NCBI GenBank assembly: GCA_964352085.1
Contig: CAYGPN010000009.1
Span: 44,539-108,538 of the forward strand
From: an uncultured Gammaproteobacteria bacterium
Lineage (GTDB): Bacteria > Cyanobacteriota > Vampirovibrionia > LMEP-6097 > CAYGPN01
Direction: 5' to 3'
DNA: 64,000 nucleotides
The first letter of the stretch is position 1, and each line of letters begins with the position of its first letter. The notes beneath the pieces are model-generated. The model made no database searches. It was not told the DNA's origin and was given only the letters and a program-made list of their open reading frames with translations. Below are positions 28,509-39,060 of this stretch, piece by piece. The translations under genes and the position numbers were made by a program.

Positions 28509-29627
28509 ATGAAATTAAAAGTTCCCAAGTCAACATTAGATAAAGCATTAAAAGCTGTATGTCGAGCTGTACCAAATAAGGGGATTCAGCCGATTCTAAA
28601 TAATATTCTTTTAGAAAACAGTAACGGTCATTTGCTTTTAAATGCAACAGATTTGGATTTTTACATTGAAGCTAAAATCCCATCAACAAATATTGATCCT
28701 GGACGTATTACTCTTTCAGCTAAAAAATTAGAAGAAATAGTGGCTAAGCTTGATGACGATGATGTATCTATTGACGTGAATATTGGTACCAATGAAGCAA
28801 AGCTAGAGTGTAATAGCGCTCATTTTGATTTGCTTGGTATTTCTGCTGAAGATTTTCCTGAATTCAAAAAACCAACATCAGAAAACTTTTTTTCAGTTGA
28901 AGCTAGTAAACTGGCTAGAGCTCTTAATCTTGTAAGTTTTTCAGCATCTAGATTTGATATCAATAATATCTTAGGTGGTGTTTATATGTGCATCACTGAC
29001 GGGGTTTTAGAGCTTGCAGCAACTGATGGTAATAGACTTTCTAGTTATGAGTTAAAGCTTGAAAATGCGCCTACTGAGCTTGAAGGTAAAGAAGTTGTTG
29101 TGCCTGTTAAAGTGATTGACGAGGTTAATAAAATTATCGAAAGCAGCGTGGATGAAAATGTAGAAATTGCATTTTTAAACTCACAGATTGTAATCAAGAC
29201 AGAAGATAGGTTTGTGGTTTCTAGACTCCTTGATGGCGTTTATCCTAAATACAAACAACTTATACCGAAAGAGAGTGATAAGATCGCTCAACTTGATCGT
29301 AAGGCTTTTTATAGCTCACTTGAAAGAGTTGCTGTGATGGCAAATGAAAGAACTAATTTAGTTAAACTTAGCTTTAATGAAAATCTACTTGATATTCAAT
29401 CTAGTAATTTAGATCTTGGTGGCGCTGAGGATAATATGGAAGTTGAGTATATGGGAGAGCCAATAGATATCTTCTTTAACGTTAAATATATGCTTGAGGC
29501 TATTAAAAATATAAATTCTGAGAAGATACAAATCGCTATGACTAAATCATTAAGCCCAGCAATTATTAAGCCAATTTCTGAAGATAAGTTTATTTACCTC
29601 ATAATGCCTGTTAAATCAAAGGCTTAG
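28509..29627 (+). CDS. dnaN: DNA polymerase III beta sliding clamp.
   Basis: 372 aa. N-terminus MKLKVPKSTLDKALKAVCRAVPNKGIQPILNNILLE, a three-domain length, and C-terminus …PAIIKPI…YLIMPVK, all typical of DnaN. Confidence 0.75.
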   Translation: MKLKVPKSTLDKALKAVCRAVPNKGIQPILNNILLENSNGHLLLNATDLDFYIEAKIPSTNIDPGRITLSAKKLEEIVAKLDDDDVSIDVNIGTNEAKLECNSAHFDLLGISAEDFPEFKKPTSENFFSVEASKLARALNLVSFSASRFDINNILGGVYMCITDGVLELAATDGNRLSSYELKLENAPTELEGKEVVVPVKVIDEVNKIIESSVDENVEIAFLNSQIVIKTEDRFVVSRLLDGVYPKYKQLIPKESDKIAQLDRKAFYSSLERVAVMANERTNLVKLSFNENLLDIQSSNLDLGGAEDNMEVEYMGEPIDIFFNVKYMLEAIKNINSEKIQIAMTKSLSPAIIKPISEDKFIYLIMPVKSKA

Positions 29628-29628
29628 G

Positions 29629-29766
29629 GTCATTACGAGCAATTTTATGTCATTGCGAGTAAAGCGAAGCAATCCCATGGATCACCACGTCGCCTTTGGC
29701 TCCTCGTGATGACATGCTAGCTGAACTCCTCGTGATGACATGCTAGCTGCGCTCCTCGCAATGACG
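29629..29766. repeat. Intergenic palindromic repeat element cluster, with modules gtcattgcgag / gcgaagcaatcc / atggatcaccacg / ctcgtgatgac.
   Basis: Directly visible; shares modules with the loci at 40280, 41526, 49419, 61240 and 63569. Confidence 0.8.
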
Positions 29767-29917
29767 AGTTAGAATATATATATTGTGGCTGAAGACATAG
29801 ATATCAAGATAAAAAAAATACTTGATGAGCTTTTTGCAGGATCAATAAGCGAGGAGACTAAGGATCTTCTTGTTCAAATAGTTAGTGATGAGGTCACGAA
29901 CTGATAACGGTAGCTAA

Positions 29918-31354
29918 ATGGTATTAAGTACTGTAGATATCAAAAAAGGAATAATAGATGTAGTAATCGATTTTCAGAGCAAAATCGATTACTACCAAGG
30001 CGAGTATGATGTCAAAAATAAAGAAGCCATTGAAATTTTAAGTGTAGCTAAAGAGATTAATAAGATCATAGATGCTCTTGATAGTGCTTCTTTAGCAGAT
30101 CTGGGGATTAAAGAGCCAAAGATTAATTCAAGTGAGTACGGAAAGTTAAAGCGTGTTTTAGACCTTAGTTTTAGGTATAAGACTGATTTAAATGCCATAG
30201 CAATGGATATAGGTGAGAAGCTTTCTTATTCAAATCAACTTTTGCATATAGGTGTTGATTATATCTACCAGAACTTAAGTGGTAAAAGATTTGAGAAAAT
30301 AGCAGTTGAGGAATTTAATAAAAGAGCCTCTGGTAAGAAAGAAGAGGACGTAGCTAGAAGACCTAAAAAACCAGTTGCACAAAGGGCTCAAAAGAAAAAG
30401 ACAGGTGGTTTTGCCAGGTTACTTTTCTTTTTTCTTTTAATTGGTGGTGGTTATTACGTTTATGACGCGATCTTTAATAATCATGCTACTCGCGTTAGTT
30501 CTTTAGTTAGAGAATATAGATCTGATAAAAAACTATCTGAAGTAGAGAGACCGGTTATAACTAAGACTTTAAAAATATCTGGCTCTCCATCGCTAGTAGG
30601 CTCGGTTTCTAAATGGCAAAGTAACTTTTTAGCTACTTATAAAGATCTGTCTGTTGAAACAAGTGTTATTGATAGTGGTTTAGCTATAGCAGAGCTTTTA
30701 GATGGCGATATTAATATTGCTGCAGCTTCAAGAATTCCTAATTTAGAAGAAAGAAGGAAATCACAAAAACTAGGAAGGTTACTTGCTGATCATAAAGTTG
30801 CCATGGATGCTGTTGCTGTCTTTGTTCACCCAAATAACCCTATTAATGAACTTTCTGTAGAAGATTTGAAAGAAATATTTACAGAGGGTGATAATGATTT
30901 TTGGAAAGATTTTGGCGGAGGTCTTAATTTAGTTAAAAAATACTCTCCATCACCGCAAAGTGGTACTTATGCTTTCTTTGGTGATAGAGTGATGTTTCAT
31001 GAAGAGTATGATGATGATGTTATTAAAATGATTGACGCTAATCAAATAATAGATCAGGTTGCTAAGGATCCTAATGCTATTGGTTTTGCTAGTGTTAGTA
31101 ACTCTATTGGTAAGAATGTAAAAATACTTGCTATAACAACATTTTTAAATGAAGATAGAGGGGTTTCTCCAGCAACTAAAGACGCTGATATTAATAGATC
31201 TGTAATTAAAAATGGCGAGTACCCACTTACTAGATATCTTTATCTGATTACTGCAGGTGAGCTTGATGATGCTTCAGCTAAGTTTATTGATTACTTTAGA
31301 AGCGCAGAGGGTCAAAGAGCTCTTGGTGATGTGGGTTTAGTTAGTATCTATTAA
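29918..31354 (+). CDS. Membrane-anchored protein with a C-terminal PstS-like (PBP type 2) phosphate-binding-protein domain.
   Basis: N-terminal cytoplasmic segment, TM helix LLFFFLLIGGGYYVY, then the PBP signature …VIDSGLAIAELLDGDINIAAASRIP… and …YSPSPQSGTYAFF…. Confidence 0.5.
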   Translation: MVLSTVDIKKGIIDVVIDFQSKIDYYQGEYDVKNKEAIEILSVAKEINKIIDALDSASLADLGIKEPKINSSEYGKLKRVLDLSFRYKTDLNAIAMDIGEKLSYSNQLLHIGVDYIYQNLSGKRFEKIAVEEFNKRASGKKEEDVARRPKKPVAQRAQKKKTGGFARLLFFFLLIGGGYYVYDAIFNNHATRVSSLVREYRSDKKLSEVERPVITKTLKISGSPSLVGSVSKWQSNFLATYKDLSVETSVIDSGLAIAELLDGDINIAAASRIPNLEERRKSQKLGRLLADHKVAMDAVAVFVHPNNPINELSVEDLKEIFTEGDNDFWKDFGGGLNLVKKYSPSPQSGTYAFFGDRVMFHEEYDDDVIKMIDANQIIDQVAKDPNAIGFASVSNSIGKNVKILAITTFLNEDRGVSPATKDADINRSVIKNGEYPLTRYLYLITAGELDDASAKFIDYFRSAEGQRALGDVGLVSIY

Positions 31355-31552
31355 TTTAACAGTAGCTAAAAGCATGGTCAATATAACTGCTTGAGAGCTG
31401 TGGACGACCAAGCTATGTAATTCTCTTATTAGTCTTTCAGAAATAGTGTTTTTTTATCTTTTTCTATTAAGTCGTATAGAAAATCCAAAGCTTCTTTAAG
31501 TGTGAGAGTATTGCCTTCTATGGCATTAGAGTTATCGTACCTCTTAAAGAAG

Positions 31553-32455
31553 TTACAACCCTTCTTTCCTAGCTTCCCTGAGCTCTTTTCTTGTTATGCC
31601 AGTTTGACTAAGATCTGGTGTGCCTTTTGCTCCCATTTTTATTAATCTAAGAATCAAGCCTCTAGGACCATAGGAATCTTCTATATTAAATTTACGAATG
31701 AGTTCAGGTCTAAAAAATCTGAATCTCCTCATGTTTGTTCTAAAATCACTAAGATCTAAGCCTTTTAATGAAAATTTCTTATCACTATTTATAACTTCCT
31801 TATAAACATCTTCTAAGTTTATCCCTAAGGAATCTAAATCAACACCTCGGCTTTTTAAGAACAATAGAACATGAAGATGTTCATTGTCTGCAGCAAATAT
31901 AGCTGCAAGATTATCATCTGCAGAGAAATCAACACCCGGCTTGCCATCAAGAAACTCAAGAACATGAAGTTGCCCATAGAATGCAGTAAATATAGCTGTT
32001 TGATTATCACGTGCAGAAAAATCAACACCCGGCTTGCCATCAAGGAACTTAAGAACATTAAGATGTCCACTCGGAGCCGCCAATCTAATTGCTTCATTAT
32101 CATTTGCAGCAGGGTCTGCACCAGCAGAAAAAGCAAGTTTTACTTCTTCAAGATTTCCTCTTTTTGAATGTTCTATAAGAGCATTATCCTTATCTTCCTG
32201 GCTCATATTAATATATGGATTCTCTAATTTTCTAGAAGTCTTATTAGTATTAGAATCATCAGGAGGATCACTAGGTGGTGGATTGGCAGATCCTGTTGCA
32301 GAATTGGGTATATGGTGATGCAGTTCTTTTTTATTTATCTCATTTGGTTCTTTGGAAGAATCTGAAAAATGCTTTATACCTCCACCTGAATTTGCTGCAC
32401 TTATTGGTGGCGCGAATCTTTGTTCTATTTGGGCTTGGTATACCTCTAGACCCAT
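31553..32455 (-). CDS. Ankyrin-repeat protein with a Pro-rich N-terminus.
   Basis: Tandem ~33-aa repeats …GADPAANDNEAIRLAAPSGHLNVLKFLDGKPGVDFSARDNQTAIFTAFYGQLHVLEFLDGKPGVDFSADDNLAAIFAADNEHLHVLLFL… matching the ankyrin consensus (xxGxxxLHxAAxxGHxxVVxxLLxxGA). Confidence 0.6.
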   Translation of the reverse strand: MGLEVYQAQIEQRFAPPISAANSGGGIKHFSDSSKEPNEINKKELHHHIPNSATGSANPPPSDPPDDSNTNKTSRKLENPYINMSQEDKDNALIEHSKRGNLEEVKLAFSAGADPAANDNEAIRLAAPSGHLNVLKFLDGKPGVDFSARDNQTAIFTAFYGQLHVLEFLDGKPGVDFSADDNLAAIFAADNEHLHVLLFLKSRGVDLDSLGINLEDVYKEVINSDKKFSLKGLDLSDFRTNMRRFRFFRPELIRKFNIEDSYGPRGLILRLIKMGAKGTPDLSQTGITRKELREARKEGL

Positions 32456-32582
32456 GGTTTAAGTATATACTGATCTTAAAGGCTTTATCTATAGCTGAAA
32501 ACCCTTATTTTAAAGATGATAGTCTCCTAATTAGCATGAATTTAGAGAATCTAATCTCCAAATTAAGGGTAAAATAGAGAAT

Positions 32583-33713
32583 ATGCATATAAACCGGGCT
32601 CTTAAAGTAGAGATAATCAGCAAGCTTAAAGATAGTAATAAAATAATCATCTTATATGGCCCCAGACAGATTGGTAAGACCACCCTGGCTAACAGGGTCA
32701 TTGAGGATCTTGGTTTTAGAACCTTAAGCATTAATGCTGATGAGCTTAAATATAATGAGATTCTTTCCAGTCGCGATTTAACTAAGCTCAAATCTTTAGT
32801 AAGCGGTTATGAATTGCTTTTTATAGATGAGGCACAAAGAATAAAAGATATAGGCATTAACCTAAAAATCCTTAAGGATAATTTAGCTGATTTGAAAATT
32901 ATAGTCACAGGTTCCTCAACTTTAGATTTAGCAAATGAACTAAAAGAACCTTTAACAGGAAGAACCTGGACCTATAATCTTTATCCAATATCTTTCCTTG
33001 AGTTGAAAGAGCATTTTAATGACTTTGAACTAAAAGAACAGCTAGAAGAGAAAATGATCTTCGGTCTTTACCCTGAGCTTTTTAGTATCGAAAACAGAGA
33101 AGAAAAAATTCAATATCTTGAAGAAATCAGCAGGTCTTATTTATATAAAGATGTCTTGGAGATTTCAAATATTAAGCATTCTTATAAGCTTAGAGATCTT
33201 CTTAAGTTGCTAGCTTTTCAGATAGGCTCAGAAGTCTCTCTCAATGAGCTTGGCAGACAATTAGATATGTCTAAAGAAACAGTAGCTAATTACATTAATC
33301 TTCTTGAGAAATCTTTTGTACTTTATAGATTGAGTGGTTTGAGCCGTAATCTTAGAAAAGAAGTCTCTAAAATGGATAAGATTTATTTTTATGATCTTGG
33401 TATAAGAAACATTCTTATAGATAATATGAAAGATCTTAAAGATAGAGATGATAAAGGAAAGCTTTTTGAGAATTTCTTAGTTATAGAACGTTTAAAACGA
33501 AATAAATACACAGCAAATTACTGTTCAGAGTATTTCTGGAGAATATATACTGGCGCTGAATTGGATTATGTAGAAGATAAAGATGGCAAATTTTCTGCTT
33601 ATGAATTTAAGTTTGCTAAAGAAAAAGCTAAAGTACCACAATCATGGCAAGAGGCTTATTCGGGTTCTTTTGAGCTTATTAATAAGGATAACTTCTTAGA
33701 ATTTATTCGCTAA
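32583..33713 (+). CDS. AAA+ ATPase of the COG1373/DUF4143 type with a C-terminal PD-(D/E)xK-like segment (paralog 2).
   Basis: Walker A YGPRQIGKTT, Walker B LLFIDEAQ, and C-terminal GAELDYVEDKDGKFSAYEFK. Confidence 0.6.
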   Translation: MHINRALKVEIISKLKDSNKIIILYGPRQIGKTTLANRVIEDLGFRTLSINADELKYNEILSSRDLTKLKSLVSGYELLFIDEAQRIKDIGINLKILKDNLADLKIIVTGSSTLDLANELKEPLTGRTWTYNLYPISFLELKEHFNDFELKEQLEEKMIFGLYPELFSIENREEKIQYLEEISRSYLYKDVLEISNIKHSYKLRDLLKLLAFQIGSEVSLNELGRQLDMSKETVANYINLLEKSFVLYRLSGLSRNLRKEVSKMDKIYFYDLGIRNILIDNMKDLKDRDDKGKLFENFLVIERLKRNKYTANYCSEYFWRIYTGAELDYVEDKDGKFSAYEFKFAKEKAKVPQSWQEAYSGSFELINKDNFLEFIR

Positions 33714-33726
33714 GGTGTCCAGAAAG

Positions 33727-34893
33727 CTACAAAAGACTTTCTATAGCCCATTTAGCTGTTTCTCTTAAAACTTTGTCTTCGTGATTAATATACTTTTCTA
33801 TAAGCGGCTTAGATTTTTCTGATCCTGAGTTAGCAGCAGTAATTATCGCGTTGCGTATCATACCCTTGCGCTTAGGTCTTGATAATGGTGTGCGGCAGAA
33901 TTTTTTATGAAAAATATCATCAGCTTCTTTTTCACTCAGTTTTCCGTGAATATGATCCATTTCTAAAATTTCAGGTAGGTAAAGCCAGTGTCCTAATCCA
34001 CTCTCAGGCTTAAATTCTTCCCATATATTACTCTCAGATTGTTTTTTATTATAGGGACAAATAGTCTGACATAAATCACAACCAAAGACCCACTCACCCA
34101 TATTTGGCATAAGATCTTTATCTATTAAAGATTTAGTTTCGATGTTTAAATAACTAATACATTTAGTGGCATCTATCTGGTGATCACCTACAAGTGCGTT
34201 AGTCGGGCAAATATCTTGGCAGCGAATGCAAGCCCCGCAAGTACCGCTTGCAGAGTATGATTCGCTTTCATCTGTATCAAAATCTATATCGGTAACTATT
34301 TCAGCAATAAAATTAAAACTACCTGTTTCTCTTGATATTAAAAGAGTGTTTTTGCCTTTAAAACCAAGACCAGCTTTTTTAGCATAAGATTTTTCCATTA
34401 AAGGTACTGAGTCAGTGAATACACGCGAGTTTTGAAATATATTAAATATCTCGTCTGGTTTTTCTAGATTTAACTCTTCACATTTTTTACTTATAAAATC
34501 TATATCGTTTAGCTTTTTAATGAGCTCTTTAAGTTTCTTTTTAATGACTTTATGATAATCAAGGCCAACAGCATAATTAGCTACCTTCCCGTGATCATTA
34601 GAGGGTCTAGGAGGAGCTTCACTATAATAACTAACAGTAAAGATGATGATAGTTTTAGCGCCCTCAAAGAGCTCATTAGCTCTAGCATTTATAGGCTCAT
34701 CTCTAAGCAGATAGCTCATCTCACCTGCATATCCCTTTTCTCTCCATTCTAGATATTTTTTTTCAGAATCAGGGAGTGGCTTAGCTCTAGTGATACGCAC
34801 ATCATTAAAACCCATATCAAGGGCAGCTTTTTTTAATAGAGATTTAGCTAGAGTTTTATTCAATCTAATCGAACATGCCAGAAACAGAACCAT
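33727..34893 (-). CDS. queG: Epoxyqueuosine reductase.
   Basis: Two 4Fe-4S ferredoxin motifs ([16 protein letters not shown]; [11 protein letters not shown]) and an overall QueG-like length. Confidence 0.7.
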   Translation of the reverse strand: MVLFLACSIRLNKTLAKSLLKKAALDMGFNDVRITRAKPLPDSEKKYLEWREKGYAGEMSYLLRDEPINARANELFEGAKTIIIFTVSYYSEAPPRPSNDHGKVANYAVGLDYHKVIKKKLKELIKKLNDIDFISKKCEELNLEKPDEIFNIFQNSRVFTDSVPLMEKSYAKKAGLGFKGKNTLLISRETGSFNFIAEIVTDIDFDTDESESYSASGTCGACIRCQDICPTNALVGDHQIDATKCISYLNIETKSLIDKDLMPNMGEWVFGCDLCQTICPYNKKQSESNIWEEFKPESGLGHWLYLPEILEMDHIHGKLSEKEADDIFHKKFCRTPLSRPKRKGMIRNAIITAANSGSEKSKPLIEKYINHEDKVLRETAKWAIESLL

Positions 34894-35893
34894 CAGAATA
34901 AATTCTGCGAATCGCTTCAGCCAGGAATGGTGCTACTGATACTTGTTTAATTTTTTTAGATTGAACCCACATAGGAGCTAGTGGAATAGAGTTGGTAACA
35001 ATTAATTCCTTAATAGGAGAAGCTTCGATTCTATCGTAAGCAGGTCCAGAAAGTACTGGGTGAGTTGCAGCAGCAAAAACTTCTGTAGCCCCTTCTTTTA
35101 TAAGGAGTTCAGCTCCTTTGCACATAGTTCCTGCTGTATCGATGATGTCATCGATAAGGATTGCTGTCTTACCTTCAATATCACCAATAACATTCATAAC
35201 TTCTACAACATTTTGCTCACTGTGAACACGACGTTTATCTATGATTGCTATAGGTGCGTCTAATTTTTTAGCGTAAGCTCTAGCTCTAGCAACACCACCA
35301 ACATCAGGCGATACTACTACTAAATTTTCCATATTAATAAATCTTTTTATATAGTCAATTAAAACTGGAGCAGCATAAAGGTGATCAACTAAAATATCAA
35401 AAAATCCAACGATCTGTGCCGCGTGAAGATCAAGACAAACCACACGATCAGCGCCGGCATTTTCTAGCATTTTAGCAACAAGTTTACTTGTAATAGGCTC
35501 TCTGCCTGCGGCTTTTCTGTCTTGCCTAGCGTAGCCATAATAAGGAATAACAACATTAATTGTTTTAGCTGATGCGCGTTTTAAAGCATCTATGATAATC
35601 ATAGTTTCCATTAAATTTTCATTAACGGGCGCGTTAGTTGATTGCACTAAAAATATATCGTGTCCTCTAACACTCTCCTGGATTTGAACATAGAGTTCAC
35701 CATCAGAAAAAGGTTTGATCTTAATTTTGCCAACTTCCATTCCTAAACAAGTAGCAATTTCATTTGTCAGCATAGGATTAGATCTGCCTGTAAAAATTTT
35801 GACTTTTTTTCCAGAGTCACATTCTATGGGTTTTATATTCTCAGGTAGTCCGAGGGTTTCCACTTTTAATGCTTCCAATACTTGCTTATCCAT
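34865..35893 (-). CDS. prs: Ribose-phosphate pyrophosphokinase (PRPP synthetase).
   Basis: KIFTGRSNP…[10 protein letters not shown]…[10 protein letters not shown]-terminal domain and the PRPP-binding loop [12 protein letters not shown]. The track start may be too far upstream. Confidence 0.8.
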   Translation of the reverse strand: MDKQVLEALKVETLGLPENIKPIECDSGKKVKIFTGRSNPMLTNEIATCLGMEVGKIKIKPFSDGELYVQIQESVRGHDIFLVQSTNAPVNENLMETMIIIDALKRASAKTINVVIPYYGYARQDRKAAGREPITSKLVAKMLENAGADRVVCLDLHAAQIVGFFDILVDHLYAAPVLIDYIKRFINMENLVVVSPDVGGVARARAYAKKLDAPIAIIDKRRVHSEQNVVEVMNVIGDIEGKTAILIDDIIDTAGTMCKGAELLIKEGATEVFAAATHPVLSGPAYDRIEASPIKELIVTNSIPLAPMWVQSKKIKQVSVAPFLAEAIRRIYSDGSVSGMFD

Positions 35894-35996
35894 AATTAGT
35901 ATTGCATTATATCATTTAAGAGCTTTAAATTTTTAAGTTTTTCTAAAAAGCCTGATATAGCTTTATTGTGGAGCTTATTTGGCTATTCATTGATGC

Positions 35997-36872
35997 TTAA
36001 TCATTCGGTAAATTCCGAAATTTTGCTGGGCAGTCTTTTCTAAATTTTCCATTTAATGAAAGGTTTAAGAATAGTAGATCTCTATTAGTTTCATCTGCTT
36101 GCTTGCAGAGTTTTTTTCTTTTCTTTCCTTTTCTAAACTTCTTTTTATACTCAGCTTGAAAGACAGCCTTATTTTGCACAATAAAAGGATCTAGCAAATC
36201 ACATTCATTAAATTGCTCGCATTGCTCGTTAACGGCAAAATTAAAATCATCTACTAAATCAGGGATAAGCTCCAGAGCGTTTTTAAGCGCCACACTTAAA
36301 CCCCTGTTATGTGCTTCATTAGCAATCATTTTATTAAAGACTATTTGATCATCAGCCGTTAGAGGAAAACCTGAATTGTTTTGGTAAGCATCCACATTAT
36401 CAGGCTCAACAGCATTACAACCTTTGCTAACAGCAAGATCTAGTCTAGATTTGACATGATCTAGTGTACGGACATCTCTGATGTCTAACCAAAACTCATC
36501 TTTAAAACCAATTAAAGGGTTGCCTTGAATATCTTTAGGTATTTGATCAAAGTCTGCTCTAAAACTTTCAGCAGTCCCAGCACTAAAATAACAAAGGATA
36601 ATTTTATCTTCGCTTTGCAAAGATTGAAAAGTTTCAACATTATTATCTATAAGATCTATATCATAGACTTTTACGTTTTTATTTTTAAGCTTTCCTTTTA
36701 ATTGCCAGAGCCACGAAGTTCCAGGCACTATATTTAATTCTTTGCCTGGCTCAGTATCAAAGCCCCCGATCTTTTCTAGTTTGATTTTTGCCGAGCTTGG
36801 TGTGATTAATCCAGCAATTAAAACAGCTAGAAAAAGATTTTTAAACTCTACTAAGTTTAAGTTCATCACCAT
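35997..36872 (-). CDS. Putative glycoside hydrolase family 114 enzyme (PelA/Ega3-like endo-alpha-1,4-polygalactosaminidase, TIM barrel), secreted.
   Basis: Signal peptide, and GH114-like blocks VYDIDLIDN…IILCYFSAGTAESFRADF…FWLDIRD…SKGCNAVEPDNVDAY. Confidence 0.45.
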   Translation of the reverse strand: MVMNLNLVEFKNLFLAVLIAGLITPSSAKIKLEKIGGFDTEPGKELNIVPGTSWLWQLKGKLKNKNVKVYDIDLIDNNVETFQSLQSEDKIILCYFSAGTAESFRADFDQIPKDIQGNPLIGFKDEFWLDIRDVRTLDHVKSRLDLAVSKGCNAVEPDNVDAYQNNSGFPLTADDQIVFNKMIANEAHNRGLSVALKNALELIPDLVDDFNFAVNEQCEQFNECDLLDPFIVQNKAVFQAEYKKKFRKGKKRKKLCKQADETNRDLLFLNLSLNGKFRKDCPAKFRNLPND

Positions 36873-36897
36873 TATTATATTCCTTAAAAGTTAAGTC

Positions 36898-37110
36898 TTG
36901 ATAAAAGCCTTTATGGATAAGCTTTTTGAGGTTAGAATAATAGGCATGTGCCCTAATTGTATTAGCCAAGGTACCTGGATCTGGATCGGACCAATTTTAA
37001 TTTGTGTTGCCTTTGCTGCCTACGCTGGCTATTTCTTTTTTAAAGGAAAACAATCTGGCGAGTTCTCTGGTGATGAAGAAGAAGCGAAGTTTAGCGTTTT
37101 TGATGATTAA
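36898..37110 (+). CDS. Small hypothetical membrane protein with a CPNC-like Cys pair.
   Basis: 70 aa, MCPNCISQGTW then the TM helix IGPILICVAFAAYAGYFFF. Could be a spurious ORF. Confidence 0.3.
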   Translation: MIKAFMDKLFEVRIIGMCPNCISQGTWIWIGPILICVAFAAYAGYFFFKGKQSGEFSGDEEEAKFSVFDD

Positions 37111-37874
37111 CTAGAACTTCTTAAAACAACTATCCCGCTAGCATTTTTGCTTAGACTTAAAAGCTCTTCATCAATTACTTTCATATAGTTTTCTTTGGAA
37201 GAAGCGTTTCTTATGTAAGTTTTGCCATGTTTTTTAATAGCAATGCCCACATGAGAAACATCAAGCCCTGGCTTGCTTGTAAATAAGCCTATAAAATCTC
37301 CGCTTTGGATTCTAGAGAGAAGTTCTTTATTAATATCTTTACTTGGAATAAACCAGATCTTTCTTTTTTTGGCTTTTAAGCCTTTTATTAGACTTTGGTT
37401 TTTATTAAGCTCCTTAGTCCAGTACCTGCTTTTAGAGCCTCCAACTTCAATGCTGACATCTTTTATATAGCTTGTATTATTCTCTATCCAGTCAGTGAAA
37501 AAATGATTTCTGCTTTTAAACTTTACTTTGCCATCTTTATATCTTATGTTTTTAAGTGCATCTTTAAAGCCTTGGCTTTTACTAAGCTCTTCTTTCTCTA
37601 GATTTAAGCCAGCAATTTTTTCTGCTAGAACATAGTCTATAAAGGTATAACAATCCATTTCGTTTAGATTAATAAGCAGCTTCTCTTTTTTATCTCTAGA
37701 GCCAATTAAAGTATGAGCGTTATAAGGGCTGCCGATATATTTTTTAGAAAGCTCAGCTATTGAGTTTGCCTCAACTTCAAGGGTGCTTAAACTGAAAATG
37801 AAAGCTAAAAGAAGTGCTACTAAAAACCTTTTAGTTTTGAACTTTAAAGAGTTTCGCTGATGGCTTAAAATCAT
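37107..37874 (-). CDS. Secreted hypothetical protein, possibly a papain-fold Cys/His hydrolase (DUF1460-like).
   Basis: Signal peptide; candidate nucleophile context NEMDCYTFIDYVLA and downstream DVSHVGIAI. The family assignment is tentative. Confidence 0.35.
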   Translation of the reverse strand: MILSHQRNSLKFKTKRFLVALLLAFIFSLSTLEVEANSIAELSKKYIGSPYNAHTLIGSRDKKEKLLINLNEMDCYTFIDYVLAEKIAGLNLEKEELSKSQGFKDALKNIRYKDGKVKFKSRNHFFTDWIENNTSYIKDVSIEVGGSKSRYWTKELNKNQSLIKGLKAKKRKIWFIPSKDINKELLSRIQSGDFIGLFTSKPGLDVSHVGIAIKKHGKTYIRNASSKENYMKVIDEELLSLSKNASGIVVLRSSS

Positions 37875-37913
37875 TACTTTAAAGATAACAACTATTTAAT
37901 TAATCGCAAGTAT

Positions 37914-38879
37914 CTAAGAAAGATCAAGCAACATTGAAAGGTCTATATTGCTTGGCTTATTAGTTAAAGAGCCCACGGAAATTAAATCCACGCCAGCTTT
38001 AGCATAAGACTCGATACTATCAAGCGTGATGCCACCACTCGCCTCTATCTTTATATTTTTATTAATGCCGTACTTTTCTATTAGAATTTTAACTTCGCTA
38101 ATCGCCTTTTTGCAATCTTCAGGAGAGAAGTTATCAAGCATGATTACATCGACAGCTGCTTTAACAACAGGTTCTAGTTGCTCAAATTTTTCTACTTCAC
38201 ACTCTATCTTTGTATCTTTAGAAATTTCAGAAGAGAGAAGCTTCTCTCTAGTTTTGTTTATAAATGTTTCTAGGCAGAGCTTGTCGTCTTTCAGATTTTC
38301 TTTAGCTGCAAAAATAAGATGATTTTCTTTTATTAAAACCATATCGCTAAGGTTATAACGGTGATTAGAACCTCCCCCCTGAATCACTGCCTGTTTACCA
38401 AGCTCTCGCATGCCTGGCATAGTCTTTCTAGTATCTAGTAGTTTGACGGGGTAATCTTTTATTTTTTCTATAAATTTGCTTGTGTAAGTAGCTACTCCAG
38501 AAAGTCTTTGGAGAAAATTTAAAACAGTACGCTCAGCGCTTAGAAGAACATGAGCTGCGCCTTCAAGCTCAGCAATTGTATCTCCAGCTTTAAAAGCTTC
38601 ACCATCTTTATATAAAAACTGAATGCTCGATTTTTTAAAATTGAAGCGAGGTTCAATCTCTCTAGATAGAATCTCAGTGCATTCATCAAGGATTTCTTGA
38701 GCTAGCTTCGAGCAAGCCAATATCCCATCTTCTTTAGCGATGATCTTGCCTTTAGCCATAGTTTCAGGGTCTATTGAGAATCTGCAGGTGATATCACCAT
38801 TTGGTTCAAGGTCATTAAGAAGAGAGATCCTTATTAGCTCTTTGTTGCGGCTTATTGTTTTTGTGGGGTTTTTTAGCAT
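37914..38879 (-). CDS. nadC: Nicotinate-nucleotide pyrophosphorylase (quinolinate phosphoribosyltransferase) / ModD family.
   Basis: GGGSNHRYNLSDMVLIKENH and C-terminal EASGGITLDSI…GVDLISVGSLT motifs. Confidence 0.65.
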   Translation of the reverse strand: MLKNPTKTISRNKELIRISLLNDLEPNGDITCRFSIDPETMAKGKIIAKEDGILACSKLAQEILDECTEILSREIEPRFNFKKSSIQFLYKDGEAFKAGDTIAELEGAAHVLLSAERTVLNFLQRLSGVATYTSKFIEKIKDYPVKLLDTRKTMPGMRELGKQAVIQGGGSNHRYNLSDMVLIKENHLIFAAKENLKDDKLCLETFINKTREKLLSSEISKDTKIECEVEKFEQLEPVVKAAVDVIMLDNFSPEDCKKAISEVKILIEKYGINKNIKIEASGGITLDSIESYAKAGVDLISVGSLTNKPSNIDLSMLLDLS

Positions 38880-39017
38880 CAGAGTTAAGTAACACAGATT
38901 ATAGCTTATACTGATTAGTTTTTGCCTGCGCTTGCTAGTTCAAATCAAAGATTTTCAGGATATCCTTAAATAACTATTATGAACCTGTATTGCGAATATA
39001 TATTTCAGTTTCGCCCT

Positions 39018-39026
39018 TGCTATAAT
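39018..39026 (+). promoter_or_regulatory. Extended -10 element (TGcTATAAT) upstream of rplK.
   Basis: tgctataat lies 34 nt upstream of the rplK ATG. Confidence 0.3.
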
Positions 39027-39060
39027 ACCTATTCGTCTCCACAAGGGGCAGGTAATAAAA

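Noticed and set aside
29786-29903. Possible 39-aa small ORF (VAEDIDIKIKKILDELFAGSISEETKDLLVQIVSDEVTN) between the repeat cluster and the PstS-domain gene.
   Set aside because: GTG start, no clear RBS, and too short to support without conservation data. It could be a leader peptide but is left uncalled.
31855-32577. Several 90-100-aa ORFs inside or antisense to the ankyrin-repeat gene.
   Set aside because: Overlapping alternative frames of a repetitive gene, with no independent coding signal.
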